64,000 nt of DNA from Candidatus Borrarchaeum weybense (GTDB lineage: Archaea; Asgardarchaeota; Sifarchaeia; Borrarchaeales; Borrarchaeaceae), in assembly GCA_019057385.1 (NCBI GenBank), contig JAHQJS010000004.1:384001-448000 (forward strand). Reading direction: 5' to 3'. Position numbers and translations under genes: made by a program. Below, piece by piece: positions 61,272-64,000 of the stretch (its first letter is position 1; every line of letters begins with the position of its first letter). The notes beneath the pieces are model-generated. The model worked only from the letters and a program-made list of their open reading frames with translations, made no database searches and was not told where the DNA came from.

Positions 61272-63382
61272 CCTCAGAAAATCAACGAATTGGCGTATTT
61301 CTCTGTAGTTGCGCTTCTAAGATAAGTGAAACCGTAGATTATAACGCAATTATAGACTATTTATCTAAGAATGAAGAATTATTAGTAGAACAACATGATA
61401 CAGCTTGTTTAAGTGATGGGCTTGAATTTCTTAAAGAATCTATCAAGAATAATAACCTTGCAAAGGTTGTCATTGCGGCATGTACACCAAAACTCTTTGA
61501 GACAAGATTTAAAACAGAACTTCAGCAAATTGGCATAAGCCCAGATTTCGTAGAAATTGCGAATTTGAGAGAGCAATGTGCACTGCCTCACAAGTCATGG
61601 CCACAAAAGGCAACTACAAAGGCTATTGCTCAAATTAATGCCGCAATACAAAAGGTAAGTCTAGCAAGTTCTGTTGAAAAAAAGATGTTCTCTCCGCTAG
61701 AGTCTGCCTTAATAATTGGAGGTGGGATTGGAGGTCTACAAGCAGCATTAGATTTAGCTAGTAATGGTATAGAGGTCTCTATTATTGAAAGATCTCCTGA
61801 GATTGGAGGAAGGGTGCGAAAAATCACTAGGATTCGAGGAGAAGAAGACTATAAAGCGTTTCAAGAACTCTTAGAAAGCGTTACTGCAAGCCCACAGATC
61901 AAAATTTTCACGTCAAGCGAAGTAAAAAGTGTTGCGGGAGTGCCAGGAAATTATAAAGTTTCTATTGATGGAATGAACAAAGACTTTCTGAATGTTGGTG
62001 CCATTGTAGTAGCAACTGGTATGGACGAGTTTAAACCGTTTAGCCTGAAAGAATTTGGATATGGATTGTATCCTAATGTACTTATTCAGAGTGATCTGGT
62101 TAATTATTTGGATCCTGAAGGCCCAACAAAAGGCAAGATCATTATTGATGGTGAGCAACCCAAAAATGCTCTCTTCATTCAATGTGTGGGTTCTCGTGAT
62201 TCAAGGTTTAATGAGTATTGTTCAAAACTATGCTGCTTCAGTTCTATTAAGAATGCTCTCTTACTTAGAGAGCAAGGGATTGACACTGCCATTTCTTTCA
62301 TAGACATAAGAACACCGTATGCTTACGAGGATTACTATGAACAAGCAAGAAAACTAGGCGTTCAATTTCTTCATGGACGCGTTTCTAATATCGAGCAAGC
62401 GGCAAATCAGCTAAGTGTAGAGCTAGAAAATTCATTTACTGGAGAAATAATTACACTTAATAGAGATTTGGTTGTCCTAAGTAGCGCTTTGATTCCTTCT
62501 GCAGGTACTGAGGACCTAAAAGAAATATTAGGAATAAGCAAAGAACCTTCCCCGAAATCTAATTTTTTCAATCCACTTTACGCAAAAATAAAAACTAGCG
62601 AATCGGAATCGAAGGGAATATTCTTGTGTGGTTCAGCAATAGGCCCAATGTTCATAAAAGAAACATTGACTCATGCAAGTGCAACAGCATTCAAAGCACT
62701 GAAGTATCTGAAATATACCATTTTCCAAGCAGACCTTCTTGTATCAAAAATTGATGAAGAAGCTTGTGATGGGTGCAAAGCATGTGTGGAACTCTGTCCT
62801 TTTGAAGCTATAGATTTTGATGAAGCAAAGGATCTAGCCGTGATTAATGATCTCAAGTGTGAGGGCTGTGGAGTTTGTACGGCAATTTGTCCTACAGGAG
62901 CAGCACAATTAACTAATTATGAGAGAGATATACTATTTAGACAGGTAGAGGCACTTCTTTCAACAAAAAAAGCATTAGAAGGAGATACTGCGGATAAGAC
63001 CATATTGGCATTCGTATGTAGTGAATGTGCCTATGGTTCTGTTGATCTTGCAGGAATAAATAACTGGCAATATCCTCCAAACGTTTTAGTTGCTTCAGTT
63101 CCTTGTATTGGCAGAATTTCCCCCCTTGATATACTAAAGGCGTTTGTTGAGGGCGCAGAAGCAGTTATGCTTGCAAGTTGCCCTGAGGAACGATGTCAAT
63201 ATCTTCGTGGAAACACAATCGCTTCGCTTGTAGTGGAATTCACGAAGAATATCTTAAATGAAATTGGGATAGATGAAAATCGAGTAGAATTATTTTCAAT
63301 GACTTCATCTGAACCTAACAAATTCATTGACGCCGTACAAGAGATGAACAAACGATTAAACTATCTTATTGCAGAAACATAG
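61268..63382 (+). CDS. hdrA: HdrA-like flavoprotein fused to a C-terminal MvhD domain
   Basis: GVFLCSC, ACTP, NLREQC, QCVGSRD..CSKLCC, ferredoxin, then MvhD AFVCSECAY...PCIGRI...C..C.Y..GN. Confidence 0.88.
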   Translation: MTSENQRIGVFLCSCASKISETVDYNAIIDYLSKNEELLVEQHDTACLSDGLEFLKESIKNNNLAKVVIAACTPKLFETRFKTELQQIGISPDFVEIANLREQCALPHKSWPQKATTKAIAQINAAIQKVSLASSVEKKMFSPLESALIIGGGIGGLQAALDLASNGIEVSIIERSPEIGGRVRKITRIRGEEDYKAFQELLESVTASPQIKIFTSSEVKSVAGVPGNYKVSIDGMNKDFLNVGAIVVATGMDEFKPFSLKEFGYGLYPNVLIQSDLVNYLDPEGPTKGKIIIDGEQPKNALFIQCVGSRDSRFNEYCSKLCCFSSIKNALLLREQGIDTAISFIDIRTPYAYEDYYEQARKLGVQFLHGRVSNIEQAANQLSVELENSFTGEIITLNRDLVVLSSALIPSAGTEDLKEILGISKEPSPKSNFFNPLYAKIKTSESESKGIFLCGSAIGPMFIKETLTHASATAFKALKYLKYTIFQADLLVSKIDEEACDGCKACVELCPFEAIDFDEAKDLAVINDLKCEGCGVCTAICPTGAAQLTNYERDILFRQVEALLSTKKALEGDTADKTILAFVCSECAYGSVDLAGINNWQYPPNVLVASVPCIGRISPLDILKAFVEGAEAVMLASCPEERCQYLRGNTIASLVVEFTKNILNEIGIDENRVELFSMTSSEPNKFIDAVQEMNKRLNYLIAET

Positions 63383-63563
63383 AATAGTTTGAAATCTACA
63401 TATCTTTTCTATTTCTTGAGATTTAGTAACGTTCTCCTGTCATTTTTTTGAGTAAAAACTCTATTTAGAATAATATCAATTAAACTATAAACAAATCTAG
63501 TCTCATTAAGAAAGTCAAAGTCGTTATTTATTAAATCATTTCAAATTGAATTCTGGAGCTTAG

Positions 63564-64000
63564 TTGAAAAAATTGACGACAAGAAATAAACGAACTGGTA
63601 AAATATTAACTGGAAATTTACTTTTACTAAGTATCGTCAGTTTTCTAACTGATATGAGTTCTGAAATGATCCTTCCAATACTCCCATTGTTTCTTGTATC
63701 AATTGGCGGAACTGGAATCATCTTAGGTTTAATTGGTGGAGTAGGAGATAGTATAGCTAGCATCTTGAAGGTATTTTCAGGTTATTTCTCTGATAAGTTT
63801 GGAAAAAGAAAGACTCTCATATATGCGGGATACCAGACATCTGCAGTATCAAAACTGTTTTTTGCTTTTGCTACTATTTGGCAACATTTGTTGATCCTTC
63901 GTCCGATTGAACGCCTAGGTAAAGGAATAAGAACAGCCCCACGAGATGCGCTTATTGCTGAATCTGTACAAGAAAGAGGTAAAGGTTTCGGGATTCATAG
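63564..64000 (+). CDS. MFS transporter (partial, runs off the window end)
   Basis: Manual translation LLSIVSFLTDMSSEMILP...SGYFSDKFGKRK...ERLGKGIRTAPRDALIAES. Confidence 0.9.
   Translation, partial: MKKLTTRNKRTGKILTGNLLLLSIVSFLTDMSSEMILPILPLFLVSIGGTGIILGLIGGVGDSIASILKVFSGYFSDKFGKRKTLIYAGYQTSAVSKLFFAFATIWQHLLILRPIERLGKGIRTAPRDALIAESVQERGKGFGIH

Overview
AT-rich archaeal chromosome segment, probably from an Asgard archaeon (inferred from gene content). Housekeeping and metabolic genes flank a ~28.7 kb island. Left of it: methanogen-type SerRS, larE, aconitase X and UxaA. Right of it: two AORs, larB/larC, ftsZ, secE, spt5, a bacterial-type GAPDH and hdrA/mvhD. The island (~11305-40014) sits inside a DUF362 gene whose last ~95 codons occur at both ends (~81% aa identity, shared TATGA core). 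Its cargo is defence-like: TIR protein, RNase III plus a catalytically intact Argonaute, HD hydrolase/YwgA pair, an SMC5/6-like + KITE + PD-(D/E)XK nuclease cluster, and an Hsp70-like protein. The right end holds an array-less CRISPR-derived module: split Hel308-like helicase-Cas1, a Cas7-like RAMP and a RAMP-HD fusion. Each RAMP gene is followed by a copy of a ~120-nt structured ncRNA-like scaffold, a variable ~55-60 nt segment and a hairpin. One variable segment matches the module's own cas7 promoter (44/47). The other matches the reconstructed empty integration site (28/34). In both, most mismatches fall at multiples of 6 from the scaffold end, the Cas7 flipped-base register. The main hypothesis (inference) is an RNA-guided, Cas1-associated integrative or homing element that uses scaffolded single guides instead of a CRISPR array. 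All alignments were done by eye and need computational confirmation.
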